Assembly: GCA_963575745.1 (NCBI GenBank)
Contig: CAUYUJ010000060.1
Span: forward strand, 1 to 64,000
From: Prorocentrum cordatum
Taxonomy: Eukaryota
DNA: 64,000 nt
Direction: 5' to 3'
The translations under genes were made by a program, and so were the position numbers. The notes under the pieces are model-generated. The model was not told the DNA's origin and searched no databases. It saw only the letters and a list, made by a program, of their open reading frames with translations. Every line of letters starts with the position of its first letter. Within the stretch, counting starts at the first letter, position 1. Below, one piece after another: positions 52,092-64,000 of this stretch.

Positions 52092-52330
52092 AGGCCTCCT
52101 AGATGGGGTCAGGGTAGATGGGGGCGGAGGATCGCGCCGCATCGCCGATGCATCGGCGATGTATCGACGATGCATCGGCGTTGCACCAGCGATGCGTCGT
52201 CGACGTCGGCGATGCACCTGCGACGTCGGCGTGGAGAAAATTGTGCTCCACATCAAGCCGCATCGCCGATGCATCGGCGATGCGGCGCGATCCCCCGACC
52301 ACATCTACTCGGACCCTATCTAGGAGGCCT
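52092..52330. mobile_element. Palindromic MITE; a related copy lies at 36647-36815
   Basis: TIRs AGGCCTCCTAGATGGGGTC / GACCCTATCTAGGAGGCCT, with internal CATCGCCGATGCATCGGCGATG palindromes. Confidence 0.8.
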
Positions 52331-53135
52331 AGAACATAAGACTCCGATAGGCAAGCCCAGTTGGAGAACACGAAGCATAAGCATAAACTGTCGGAGGACC
52401 GCTTGGATGCAGTGGATACGCGCTCGACCCACCTGCCGCCGCCGCCAGCTCTGACCCCGGACGCGCTCCGCACGCCAGGGATGGGGGGGCCTCCTCCTCC
52501 TCCTCCTCCTCCTCTTCTCCTCCTCCTCCTCCTCCTCCTCCTCCTCCTCCTCCTCCTCCTCCTCCTCCTCCTCCTCCTCCTCCTCCTCCTCCCCCTCCCC
52601 CCCTCACGTGTCTCTGTGTTTCTTACCAGGCGGGGATATATCCGTGACCACGGCCTCTGGATCGCTCTTCGGGGGGCCTCCGCTGGCCGCGGCCGCGGAT
52701 GGTGCTCTGCCTGGCCGCTCCGGGGCCCCCGGGGCCCGAGCACTTCCGCAGCCGCCGCCCGCAGGTCCCCGAAGATCGATCCCGCAGGCGGTGGTCACGG
52801 AGACAGCGGAGGCCCGACCGCTGTGGAATCCAAACACCAATCTTTTCTTGAAGTCAGAAACCAGGCCCCGCCGGCTTTGGATTAGAACCAATCCTTGTTT
52901 GAGTTCAGAAACCTGGCCCGACCGCTGCTGAATTCAAGAGCCCATCCTTTTTTGAATTCAAAAACCAGGCCCGACCGCTTTTGAATTCAAAAACCAGTCT
53001 CTTAGCACTGGCGCGCCTGCGGGTGGCACGCCAGGCCTGCGAGGCAGGCAGGCATGTCGCAACCAGAATCGTAGATGATCAGTGCGTGATGAGGGGACGC
53101 AGCAACGCAGCGCGCACCCGAACTGTAAGCATCTT

Positions 53136-53898
<763 letters not shown>

Positions 53899-54299
53899 CT
53901 TGGGGCCCGTGAGCCGCCTCGCGCGGCGTGCGTCGCAGCCACCGTACTTTTAGCCGTGATCCTGAGAAAAACCATGTACTTGAAGCCTTCCACGGGGAGC
54001 CCAACCCTGAGACCCCAGGGCGTCCCATGGATTGCCGGTGCGGGAGCGTCGCGCCTTCCATGGCAGAGCCGCCGAAACCCAAGAAACCCAGGGCACCCTG
54101 GAGGCGAGGCGGGCGGAGTAGGAGGAGGAGGGGAAGGAGGTGGAGGAGGAGGAGGAGGAGGACAAGCTAGGGGGAGGAGGAGGAGGAGGAGGAAGAGGAG
54201 GAGGGGAAGGAGGAGGAGGAAGAGGGGAAGAGGAGGAAGAGGAGGAGGGGGCGGGCGGAGGAGGAGGAGGAGGGGAAGGAGGAGGAAGAGGAGGAGGAG

Positions 54300-54925
54300 G
54301 ACAAGCTAGGTGCGCTCGCGTCATATCTGACATCCTACCCCTCCCTCCCATCCCTTACCATGGCGTAGATCCCCTCTCAACTCGCACAGTCGGATGTCGA
54401 GCAGGGCAATGATCCCGAAAGGGTACGCGATGCATTGTAGAGCACGGCATGGCATGGCGTAGAAGAGCACCGCAAAGCGTAGTATGTCACAGCATGGCGT
54501 GGCGTGGCGTAGTGAAGAATTGCATCACAAAGCTTTGCAACGCAAAGCATGGCATCGCACAGCGGCCCCGAACATAACATTGCATAGCATGGCGTTGAAG
54601 ATCAAAGCGTAGCATGGTATAGCACGACGTGGCACTTAAGCACTGCATATCACAGCTTCGGCTGAAGGCATGGCATCGCGCAGCGGAACGCAACCTAGCA
54701 TTCCATTGCATGCCGTGGCATGGCACGGGAAATGACGCCAGCGCTGCAGCGGGAGCACGATTCGGAACGAGCGGAAGCGTGGAAATGAGGCCAGCGCTGC
54801 AGCGGGAGCACGATTCGGAACGAGCGGAAGCACGGAAATGAGGCCAGCGCTGCAGCGGGAGCACGATTCGGAACGAGCGGGGCCCGAAAATGAGGCCGGC
54901 GCCTCAGCGAGAGCAGCATTTTTAA
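54300..54925 (+). repeat. Dispersed repeat with 53-bp tandem units (GGAAATGAGGCCAGCGCTGCAGCGGGAGCACGATTCGGAACGAGCGGAAGCAC); second copy at 57160-57580
   Basis: The two segments are near-identical. The 5' part also occurs inverted at ~35950-36005. Confidence 0.85.
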
Positions 54926-55210
54926 AAATGACCCTGTGACGTACCCAACCCATTTGTATCAATGGAAACGAGGAGTTGGCCGAAACTTGCATGGACAACC
55001 AACTTGATGTGTAAGCTACTTGGGACACGCGCCTATGGCATGATGCGCAGGAGAACCATGCAAGAACGAGGGGCGACAGCTACAGGTCCGAAGAGGACAT
55101 GGGGAGTCGGGAACGCAGAGCAGGAGAAAAACGTGCGGGAAGCCGAACCATCAGCACGGCAGCAGCAGAGGAAAGGTGACTGCAGGAGGAGAACAAAGAC
55201 GAAAGCGGCG

Positions 55211-56830
55211 TCTAATTTGAGTCTGCGGTGGGTACCCACTGTGCTGGGCACCCCAGCAGGCCTCGAAAGTGGCGACAGTTTCACAGATCGCAGCCCCCCA
55301 GGGATGGCGAGGTCTAATTTGAGTCTGCGGTGGGTACCCACTGTGCTGGGCCCCCCAGCAGGCCTCGAAAGTGGCGACAGTTTCACAGATCGCAGCCCCC
55401 CAGGGATGGCGAGGTCTAATTTGAATCTGCGGTGGGTACCCACTGTGCTGGGCCCCCCAGCAGGCCTCGAAAGTGGCGACAGTTTCACAGATCGCAGCCC
55501 CCCAAGGGTGGCGAGGTCTAATTTGAATCTGCGGTGGGTACCCACTGTGCTGGGCCCGCAAGCAAGCCTCGAAAGTGGCGACAGTTTCACAGATCGCAGC
55601 CCCCCGGGTATGGCGAGGTCTAATTTGAATCTGCGTGTGGCGTCACTGCGCTGGGCCCCCCAGCAGGCCTCGAAAGTGGCGACAGTTTCACAAATCGCAG
55701 CCCCCCAAGGATGGCGAGGTTCAATTTGAATCCGCCGTGGGTGCCCACTGTGCTGGGCCCCCCAGCAGGCCTCGAAAGTGGCGACAATGGCGAGGTCTAA
55801 TTTGAATCTGCGGTGGGTACCCACTGCGCTGGGCCCCCCAGCAGCCCTCGAAAGTGGCGACAGTTTCACAGATCGCAGCCCCCCAGGGATGGCGAGGTCC
55901 CAGTTGAATCCGCCGTGGGTACCCACTGTGCTGGGGCCCCCAGCAGCCCTCGAAAGTGGCGACAGTTTCACACATCGCAGCCCCCCAAGGGATGGCGAGA
56001 TCAGCAGACCTCGAAAGTGGCGACAGTTTCACGCCCCCCAGGGATGGCGAGGTCCCAATTGAATCCGCCGTGGGTGCCCACTGTGCTGGGCCCCCCAACA
56101 GGCCTCGAAAGTGGCGACAGTTTCACAGATCGCAGCCCCCCAGGGATGGCGAGGTCCGATTTGAATCCGCCGTGGGTACCCACTGCGCTGGGCCCCCCAG
56201 CAGGCCTCGAAAGTGGCGACAGTTTCACAGATCGCAGCCCCCCAGGGATGGCGAGGTCCGATTTGAGTCTGCCGTGGGTACCCACTGCGCTGGGCCCCCC
56301 AGCAGCCCTCGAAAGTGGCGACAGTTTCACAGATCGCAGCCCCCCAGGGATGGCGAGGTCTAATTTGAGTCTGCGTGTGGCGTGACTGTGCTGGGCCCCC
56401 CCGCAGGCCTCGAAAGTGGCGACAGGTTCACAGTCGCAGCCTCCCCAGGGATGGCGAGGTCCCATTTGATTTTGCCGTGGGCCGCCGTGGGTCCCACTGC
56501 GCTGGGCCCCCCATCCACCCAACCCCCCCCAACCCAAACCCCCCCCCCAACCCTAAAAACCCCCCCCCGCAGCCCTTGAAAGTTGGCGACAGTTTTCACA
56601 TATCGCATCTTTTCAGCGCCCCAGGTGATGGCGAGTTCCCCTTTTGAGTCTGTCCGTGGGTACCCACCTGTGCTGGGCCCCCCAGCAGCCCTCGAAAGTG
56701 GCGACAGTTTCACAGATCGCAGCCCCCCAGGGATGGCGAGGTCCCATTTAAGTCTGCCGTGGGTACCCACTGTGCTGGGCCCCCCAGCAGGCCTCGAAAG
56801 TGGCGACAGTTTCACAGATCGCAGCCCCCC
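55211..56830 (-). repeat. Tandem satellite, 102-bp unit, same family as 2987-4700 in opposite orientation, more homogeneous
   Basis: TCTAATTTGA occurs at 55211, 55313, 55415... The reverse complement contains GGGGCTGCGATCTGTGAAACTGTCGCCACTTTCG. Confidence 0.92.
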
Positions 56831-58499
56831 AGCTGGCACGCAGCGACGAGCGCGGCGAAAGGCAGGGGGGAAGAGAGGGACGGGAGGGGGTGGGAAGGAG
56901 ACGCGCGAGCAGTGCTGTATTCAAAACGAGAACCCAACGCAGGAGGGTTGGGAAAAAATAGCGGCGAAAACCAAACTCCGGGGAATCCTGTGTGTAAAAA
57001 ACAATACGCGGGGGGGGGGGGGGCGAACACTCCCAACCCGTCATCAGGGGAAGGAGGATAGTAGTATTCAGATTGAGTAATTGTGGTGGAGGAGGAGGAG
57101 GAGGAGGAGGAGGAGGAGGAGGAGGAGGAAGAAGAAGAGGGGGAGGGGGAGGGGGGGAGGACAAGCCAGGTGCGCTCGCGTCATATTCGACATCCTACCC
57201 CTCCCTCCCATCCCTTACCATGGCGTGAATCCCCTCTCTACTCGCTCAGTCGGATGTCAAGCAGGGCAATGATCCCGAAAGGGTACGCGATGCATTGTAG
57301 AGCACGGCATGGCATGGCGTAGAAGAGCACCGCAAAGCGTAGCATCAACCTAGCATTGCATTGCACGCCGTGGCATGGCACGGGAAATGACGCCAGCGCT
57401 GCAGCGGGAGCACGAGTCGGAACGAGCGGAAGCGCGGAAATGAGGCCAGCGCTGCAGCGGGAGCACGATTCGGAACGAGCGGAAGCACGGAAATGAGGCC
57501 AGCGCTGCAGCGGGAGTTCGATTCGGAACGAGCGGAAGCCTGAAAATGAAGCCCGCGCCTCAGCGAGAGCATCATTTTGAAAAAAAAACCCAGCGAAAAC
57601 CCAACTCCGGGAGATCCTGTGTGTAAAAAAGCAGTACGCGGGGGGGCGCAACTTTCAACGTCATCAGGGGAAGAGGGAGAGTAGTATTCTATTTGAGTAA
57701 TTGTGGAGGAGGACGAGGAGGAGGGGGAGGAGGAGGAGGAGGAGAAAAATGGGAAAAGGAGGAGGAGGAGGAGGAGGAGGAGGAGGAGGAGGAGGAAGAG
57801 GAGGAGGAGGAGGAGGAGGAGGAGGAAGGGGAGGAAGGGGGGGAAGGAGGAGGAGGAGGAGGAGGAGGAGGAGGAGGAGGAGCAAGCGAGCAAGGAAATC
57901 TCGCGGAGTCTCCCTGCGGCCTCGGCTGCGCATCTAAGCCTCGGGCAGCCACTTCGGACTCTGAGGGGGTGGCCAGCCACCTACGATTGTCTCATGCGCT
58001 TTGCGGCGTGCTGCGCGATCCCCCACGGCGGGCACTGGCCCTGGCCTACACCCCCTAGGGCACACTATCCCATGAGGGGCAGGCCGATGGGCGCGATGCC
58101 CCCGTCTGGATCATCACATCAAAACTGTTAGCACCTGGAGGGCAGGAGGAGAAAGACAAAACTGAACCCGGTGCCCTTTTGCAGCCGATTTGGAGGTTAA
58201 ACAAGGCACTTGCGGGCCGGTGTCCTTTTGCAGTCGCCTTGGAGATTAAAAAGGGCACCGGCCAGAACTGCCAGCCAAAACTCGAGCGACCCTTGCACTT
58301 GCCCTGTCCCTTGCGCGCAGAGGAGAGGCGAGCGGAGGAGGGCCTCGCGGGAGGAAGGGTGGTGATTGGAACGTGGGGCAGGTCTGGGTGCTCGTAAGAC
58401 TCGCAAGACTGCACCTGGCCTGTCGCTCTGGCGGCAACCTCAGCCGAGACTACGCCACGCGCCACAAGCATAGCCAGCCTCTCACTCGATGCCAGAAAC

Positions 58500-59300
58500 C
58501 GCGAGCCCACGCCGTGCCCTTGCCCTTGCCCTTGCCCTGCAGCAGGCGGCTGATCTCCCTCTCCAGAAGGCCCCGCGGAGCTGCGCCCGTCAACCTCGCG
58601 CCGCCTGCCTTCGTGAAGAGGGAAAGGATGGTCGCGCGCAGGTCGTCGTCGGCACGGTGCGAATGGTCGAGGCCCCACGTGAAGTGCACCATCTTCTGCA
58701 CGCCCTCCTGCGGCCTGTGGACCTTCAGCTTGAACGCGCGCACCAGCGGGCCCATCTCTTGGAGTTCCAACTTCGAAACCTCCGCCAGCGCCCCGCGAAC
58801 AAGATCCTGCATCTCCTCGCGCGCGCGCATGCCACCTGGCCCGCTGACACGAACGAATTCAGGATGTAGAGGTGAGGGCTGCCCCGCGACTTTCAGTCGG
58901 CATCGCCCCCGTTCTTCACGGCCCGGCGAAGCTCCTGGCTGCGGTCGTCGCGCGCTCTGCCAGCCTTGACGCGCGCCTCAACCAGGGGGCAGTCCGTCGG
59001 CGCCATCACCCTGTCGCACACTGTCGCGGTGACCTCTGCCAGCTCGCGGGAACTGGCGAGGGCCAAGCGCGTCATCGCCGTGACCGCCGCCGCGGCGTTG
59101 TCGCCCCTGGCGCCACCCCCGCCGCCCCCCGCCGCCGCCGAAGCTCCTGCCCCGTCCGCCGATGCCGCCGCCGCCGCCTCAGCGTCTGCGCCGTCGTTGC
59201 CCTCGCCCCTGCGCTTCTTGCGCGGATTCAAGACCACGTTGAACCAAGGAGGAAGGGGAACAGCAGCTGGGGCCGCAGGCTGCTCGGGCATCGCGGCGCT
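58500..59300 (-). pseudogene. Accessory ORF of unknown function downstream of pol in the LINE
   Basis: GC3-rich reading MPEQPAAP...PRKKRR...MTRLALASSRELAEV...GSPHLYI...GAAPRGLLEREISRLLQGKGKGKG, across one stop and a frameshift (58893-59417, 58450-58830). Confidence 0.6.
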
Positions 59301-59329
59301 GGAACTGAAGGGCCGCCGAGCTGGAGACG

Positions 59330-61400
59330 GCCACGGGCAGGCGCTGGGCAACCAGATGGCTACAGAGAGAGCCCAGGTCCCCAAACTCACCAGAGCACAC
59401 GCGACACGTATAATCACGAGGTTGCAGAAGAGGCGCGAGCGTTCGACCTCCCTGGGGCGGACACCGGCCCCTCATCATCGAAGTAAGTAAGTGTCGTCCA
59501 GCGCGCCATCTATCTCGGCACGTATGCATGCAGCACATGCATATACTGGCGGGAGAAAATACTGCTGCCAGATTACGCTTATGATGTGTAGAACGAAGGT
59601 GGCTAAGTAGCTGTTTACGCGTGTAGAACTGATCATCACACCCGGGTGCAGGACAGATACAAAAGAAGGGGCGTGGACGTTGGGGGCGCCGACCAGGACT
59701 AGCTTCCTGGCGAGGCAGTTGGGGGTCAACCCAGCCCTCGGGCCAAGGCGGCCCTGGCGGCGGAATCGCCACCGCGAACGCCCGCCCTCTAATCCTCGCG
59801 ACAACGACAGCCCGGAGGTCCTCGCAAGCCTCTAGTTCGGAGAAAAGGCGAACGTCCAACGCGAAATCATCGAACACCCCCTCATCCAAGATACGCCCTG
59901 CCAATTCGAGATCCGCGACAACTTGCCCAGCCCACGGAGAGGCCCACCTGGTAAGCCGGCCGCTCCTGTCGGGGGGCCTGTCCGAGTCGATATTCAGGGC
60001 GCCGAACAGCGCCATGAGAACCTGCGATGAGCCCTCGGGGCCCTTGGCCCGCCCTTGGTGCAGACGGAGGCGGCGGATGTGCATCTCCTCCCTCGCTCCT
60101 ATCACCCGGTGCTTGAGAACGCCCTGCGCGCCCATGCCATGAACGCGCCCCCCCTCCCAGTCAACGGCGCAACCCCCCCCCATCGCGATCTTGGCCAGAC
60201 CAGCCAGGCCAGAATCCAGCATGTCGTAATCCCTGGGGGCCGACGCGAAGGGCCCCAGGCAGGAGAGGAGGTGTTCTGGACAAAACCGATCAGAAGCGAA
60301 CGTTTGCATCGTCGAAACAGCGGTTACGACCGCGCCCCCCCTGCGAAAAGAACGTCTGACGGGCTGCCGCACAACGGCGCTCGACGTCGTTATGTCCAGT
60401 CCCCCGAAGCACAAGGCGAGGCCCCAGGTAGCGCGCCTCCTCCACGGGGCGACCCGCGAGCCCAAAAGAACCGGCCGACTCCGCAGGACGTTTGAAGTAG
60501 TGGGCCCCACGCGGCGAAGAAAAACATAAACTCCTGCTTGCCCATGCTCTGTGCCAGGCCGCACTCCTCCAGGGCAGCGCTCAACTCGCGGTCGATTCCA
60601 GAAAGCTTTCGAGGGGCGAGAGGCCACTCTCAGCCAGGCAAGTGTTGTTCAAGTCGCCCGCATACTTGAGGAAAGAGAGGTCGGCCCGAAGCGCGCACCA
60701 CCACCCCCGGATCACCGTCGCCATCGGATCGCCGTCCACGAAAGCCCCCCCCGATTGCATGATCGGCCGAGCGAACGTCTGCAAGAACGTGCCCACTGCG
60801 AACGGGTCCCCCATCACTCCTCCCCCCCCGTCTTGATGACCACCCCCCTGCCCCCCCCCCTGCATCGCGATAGTAGACAAACGATATCGTTGACAACAAA
60901 GCTCGACATCCTCTGGGCGGGCATGTAACTGCATACTAATATCCATCGAACTCCAAGGTGCGCTGGCAAATGAATTCGTCATATCCTTGAGTGCCACACA
61001 ATGCGTCTGCTTGATGGCACGAAGGCGATGGCTCACGACCTGACATACCAACGCTGGGTTCTGGCGCCGACAACCAGCCACAAAACCGCGATCCTGAATC
61101 GTGACCTGCGCTGAAACCCTCCTAGCATAAAAGGCCTTACCCGCCACTGGGAGGACGCGCACCAATCTGCGCCCGCGCGGACCGCGCGAGCCATTCTTGT
61201 GCAGCGCCGTTCCCTGTGAACGGCGCCAGTACAGGGGCGAGGCCACATAAGCTCGAATCTGACCAAGGCCAATTCCCAGGATGTCCCGGGAAATCTGCAC
61301 GTTGAGGGAAGCATGGTCGTAGCCCACGCCGCCCCTGTCTTGTCGGCGCCAGCTAGGGAAGAACAGCATGTGCCAAAGCTGGAGGGGCATCGTGCCGTCG
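59330..61400 (-). pseudogene. LINE reverse transcriptase with C-terminal C2H2 zinc fingers
   Basis: LHKNG...RRLVRVL, GFVAGCRR, DMTNSFAS, GGVMGDPFA and KYAGDL (YADD). Fingers are CPAPGCDDQFYTRKQLLSHLRSTH, CMCCMHTC...RHL and CRVCSGEFGDLGSLCSHL. Confidence 0.82.
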
Positions 61401-61899
61401 GGGACGGCGCGTCTCTTCGGTGCTCTTCTCACGTACCTCCAGCTCGAATGTCCTGCTCCGCCAATTCCCCCACCACCGCATCCATGTTGGGCTCGTATCC
61501 TCCCTCCACCTCCCGCCGGCGCCTCCACTCGCCCCAATTGATTTCCTCCACCGGCATACCTCCAGTTCCCCCCTCCCCCTCCCATACAGATTACCACTCC
61601 GCGCAAGTAGGAAGAGGAGCACGAATAAGCCGACCGTCTCCGTGTTTAGAACCGAATCGACAGCGGGCAGCAGCACGGCTCGCGCGCATGGCCTCGGCAT
61701 GCCGCCCAGACCTGAGAGCGGAGGTCGCCTCTTCCACTAGGCGGCCTCGCTGTGCTCGCACATGCGCACGGCGTTCCCTGGCTAGCCGCTGCGACAAGTC
61801 CTTAAGTCAGCATCTAGACAATCGGCCTGCTCCTCGGAGGCGTCGATTTCTTGGCCTTGATCTGGGCTCTGCCGCGAAAGAGCTCCCTACGTTGACGAC

Positions 61900-63003
61900 A
61901 CTGCTCTGAATACGTCGGTCTAGGCCTAGATGGTTGCGCGCAGTGTTCTTGCCCAGCTCTCACCACCGCCCCCTCCAGCTCCTCGAAGATTTCGTCGGGA
62001 GAGGCCCGGTGGTAAAGAAAACCCCTTTGAAGTCTCTGGAACTCCTTCATGGCAGCCTCGAGGGACTCCGCCCGTCCCGTGTCACACCTCAAAGAGTCCA
62101 TCATGGCCGAACGGTTCCATGTCAGCTGAGGCGGCTGCGTCGGGGGGTCGCCTCCCCCCTTCCAGAACGGGAGCTCCAGGTGGATGGGAAGCTTGTCCTT
62201 GGGAGCGGGGCCTCTGTACGCTTGTAGCTTTGCACCGAATCCCAAGAGCGGCCGAAAACGCGTGACCTTGTTGATGAACCCCCTGGGGTACGCGATGTAG
62301 TCAATACGAGCCCCAGAACCACTAGAAGTAGGCGAGAAGAAAGTCGGGATGGGTTTCATGGTGAGGGTATTACCTGCCACCAATTGGTGGGCTTCCAGCA
62401 CCTCCCGAAACAGATGTCCTGCGCCTCGGCGCAGTCGTTCTCTGGAAGGGCATCCGACCGCAAGAGAAGACAGTACGTGCCCACCGTCCTGGCCCCACGA
62501 TTCTCCTATGCCGTCGCTCAGGTCTGTGAAGACGAACGGTATGCATCTGCACGGCAATGTCGAGAGGACGTCGCCAAGCCAATTCGATAACAATTCTACT
62601 ACGCAAAAATACCCACTACGTGCCGCACGAACAGGTTGAGGGGGTAATCTATTGAAATCAAGCACACGTCCACGGTTCCGCTCTTACTGCGCACTGCGAT
62701 ACACCACCCTCTCGCCCCAGCAGGGCTGGGCCACACACGTTTGAGATTCGACTCCGTCACCCACGACTGCAATACGACCGAGCACCCACAACTCCGATTC
62801 GAGAAAGCCTCCGAGGTGGCGGGCGCCTCCAAGACAAGACGTCCAAGGACTCGACGACGAAGGACCTTCTGTTCCGCCAGCCTGCTAGAGCACTGGGTCC
62901 CTGCGAGGAGAATGAAATCGTAGTTGCCCGTCTCGGCCACGATTTCCTCCAACCCTGCCCCCGTCGCTGCTAACGGGTTGAACCCCAGAGTACGCAAGGT
63001 CAT
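61900..63003 (-). pseudogene. APE/EEP endonuclease domain (frameshifted)
   Basis: MTLRTLGFNP, DFILLAGTQ, FVFTDLSD, LVAGNT...PTFFS, ARIDYIAYP and DKLPI. Confidence 0.8.
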
Positions 63004-63475
63004 TGCTGCAAGACACCAATCGCCCCCTGACGGACGAACAAAAAATTGGACCAGGGGGGCTGGAGGAGGAGGAGGAGGAGGAGGAGGAGGAGGAGGAGGA
63101 GGAGGAGGAGGAGGATGAGGAGAAGGGGGAGGGTAGGGGAGAGGAGTGGGAGGAGGATGGGGAGGGGGAGGAGGTGGATGAAGATGAGGGGAGAAGAGTA
63201 GGAGGAGGAGGGAGGAGGAGAGGAGGAGGAGAGGAGGAGGAGGAGAGGAGGAGAGAGGATGAGGAGCAGGAGAGGAGGAGAGAGGAGGAGGGGGAGGGAG
63301 GAGGAGGAGGAGGAGGAGGAGGAGAGGGAGGAGGAGGAGGAGGGGGGAGGGGAAGGGGGAGGAGGGGAAGGAGGTGGAGGAAGGGGAGGAGGTGGAGTTG
63401 CAGGAGAGGAGGAGGGCAAGCAGGGTGTTTCTCGGCACGGGTCTCCGCTGTGTGCTGCAGTTTTCTCCTCCGGGC

Positions 63476-63598
63476 CTCGGTTCTGATCTTCTGCGCGAGG
63501 GCGCGCTCGGCGTGGCCCGAGAGCCTCCTGAGGTTGCCCTCCAGCTCGTCCACGGCGCGGCTCTCCATGTCAGCCTCGTGCTCCATGGAATCGAGGAC
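63476..63598 (-). CDS. Internal exon of a coiled-coil-like host protein (VLDSMEHEADMESRAVDELEGNLRRLSGHAERALAQKIRTE)
   Basis: AAG|G acceptor, GAG|GC donor, 123 nt in frame and GC3-rich codons. Confidence 0.65.
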
Positions 63599-64000
63599 CT
63601 TCAAAGGGGCCAAAGGGACACACATAGACATACACACAAACACAAGGATTTTCCATATCTTTCCATATATGTTCTCGGTTTTCGGTTTCCCCCCCGATAT
63701 CCATATTTTCCCAGAGTTTCCGGGGGATCGACAATTAAGCGTGTCTGTGTGTGTGTGTGTTCTCCCCTTCTGAACCTTCTCTTTCTATTATTACAATTCT
63801 TTTTCAAAATGAACAGACGTAAACTTTCGCAGGTGGAACAAATAAGACTGAGGCCTTTGGTAATTTTCGGCCTCTGAGGGCCCTCGCCCTGTCCCGGGAC
63901 TGCCAAGAGCAACTCGGGAGGGAAATCAGGTCCAAGGGGAGGGGTCCAGACCCCTGGGGAGCCACGTTCTGAATACCCATCGGTCGGAAGCAGTGGGTAG

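Larger units (their letters stand above)
58050..63010 (-). mobile_element. Degenerate LINE-like element: APE-RT-C2H2 fingers followed by a 3' ORF
   Basis: Domain motifs are listed in the component features. The termini are approximate and no TSD was identified. Confidence 0.8.

Noticed and set aside
52390..52435. Possible micro-exon WVERVSTASK (minus); similar weak candidates near 57895-57935, 41015-41040 and 6995-7025
   Set aside because: The splice donors or frames could not be fixed and codon bias is weak.
55033..56839. Repetitive 34-aa ORFs or a CRISPR-like array
   Set aside because: This is a pure 102-bp tandem repeat with no unique spacers and no cas genes, in a eukaryotic context.
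63030..63055. Possible relic SL (CCAATTTTTTGTTCG) upstream of the second LINE
   Set aside because: Too divergent from CCATTTTGGCTCAAG to support.
63977..64000. CATCGGTCGGAAG.AGT also found at ~34573
   Set aside because: It is a short match at the window edge, so it cannot be established as an element terminus.

Overview
GC-rich eukaryotic genomic DNA, almost certainly dinoflagellate. An exact 22-nt dinoflagellate spliced leader lies at 16531-16552 (-), and the putative exons are tiny with GA/GC donors. The repeat landscape suggests a Prorocentrum-like genome (inference). Most ORFs in the supplied track are artefacts of triplet repeats. The window is dominated by decayed retroelements. (i) A full-length ~5.16-kb LINE (11397-16552, -) is bounded by a 21-bp target-site duplication and begins exactly with an intact spliced leader plus two relic leaders. 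(ii) A cluster of three tyrosine-recombinase retrotransposons (21176-34530, -) includes two that carry C5 cytosine-methyltransferase-like domains. In the complete one (26116-33357, split direct repeats A1..B1-A2-B2) the methyltransferase sits inside the RNase H domain, and ORF1 has transmembrane-like segments. (iii) A 3' LINE fragment with RNase H lies at ~44990-47409 (+). (iv) A second LINE (~58050-63010, -) has C2H2 fingers and an extra ORF downstream of pol. There are also several MITEs, two oppositely oriented 102-bp satellites and long microsatellites. Host-gene candidates are scattered minus-strand exons of an ARM-like helical protein, a terminal exon with a GPI-like signal and a coiled-coil exon.
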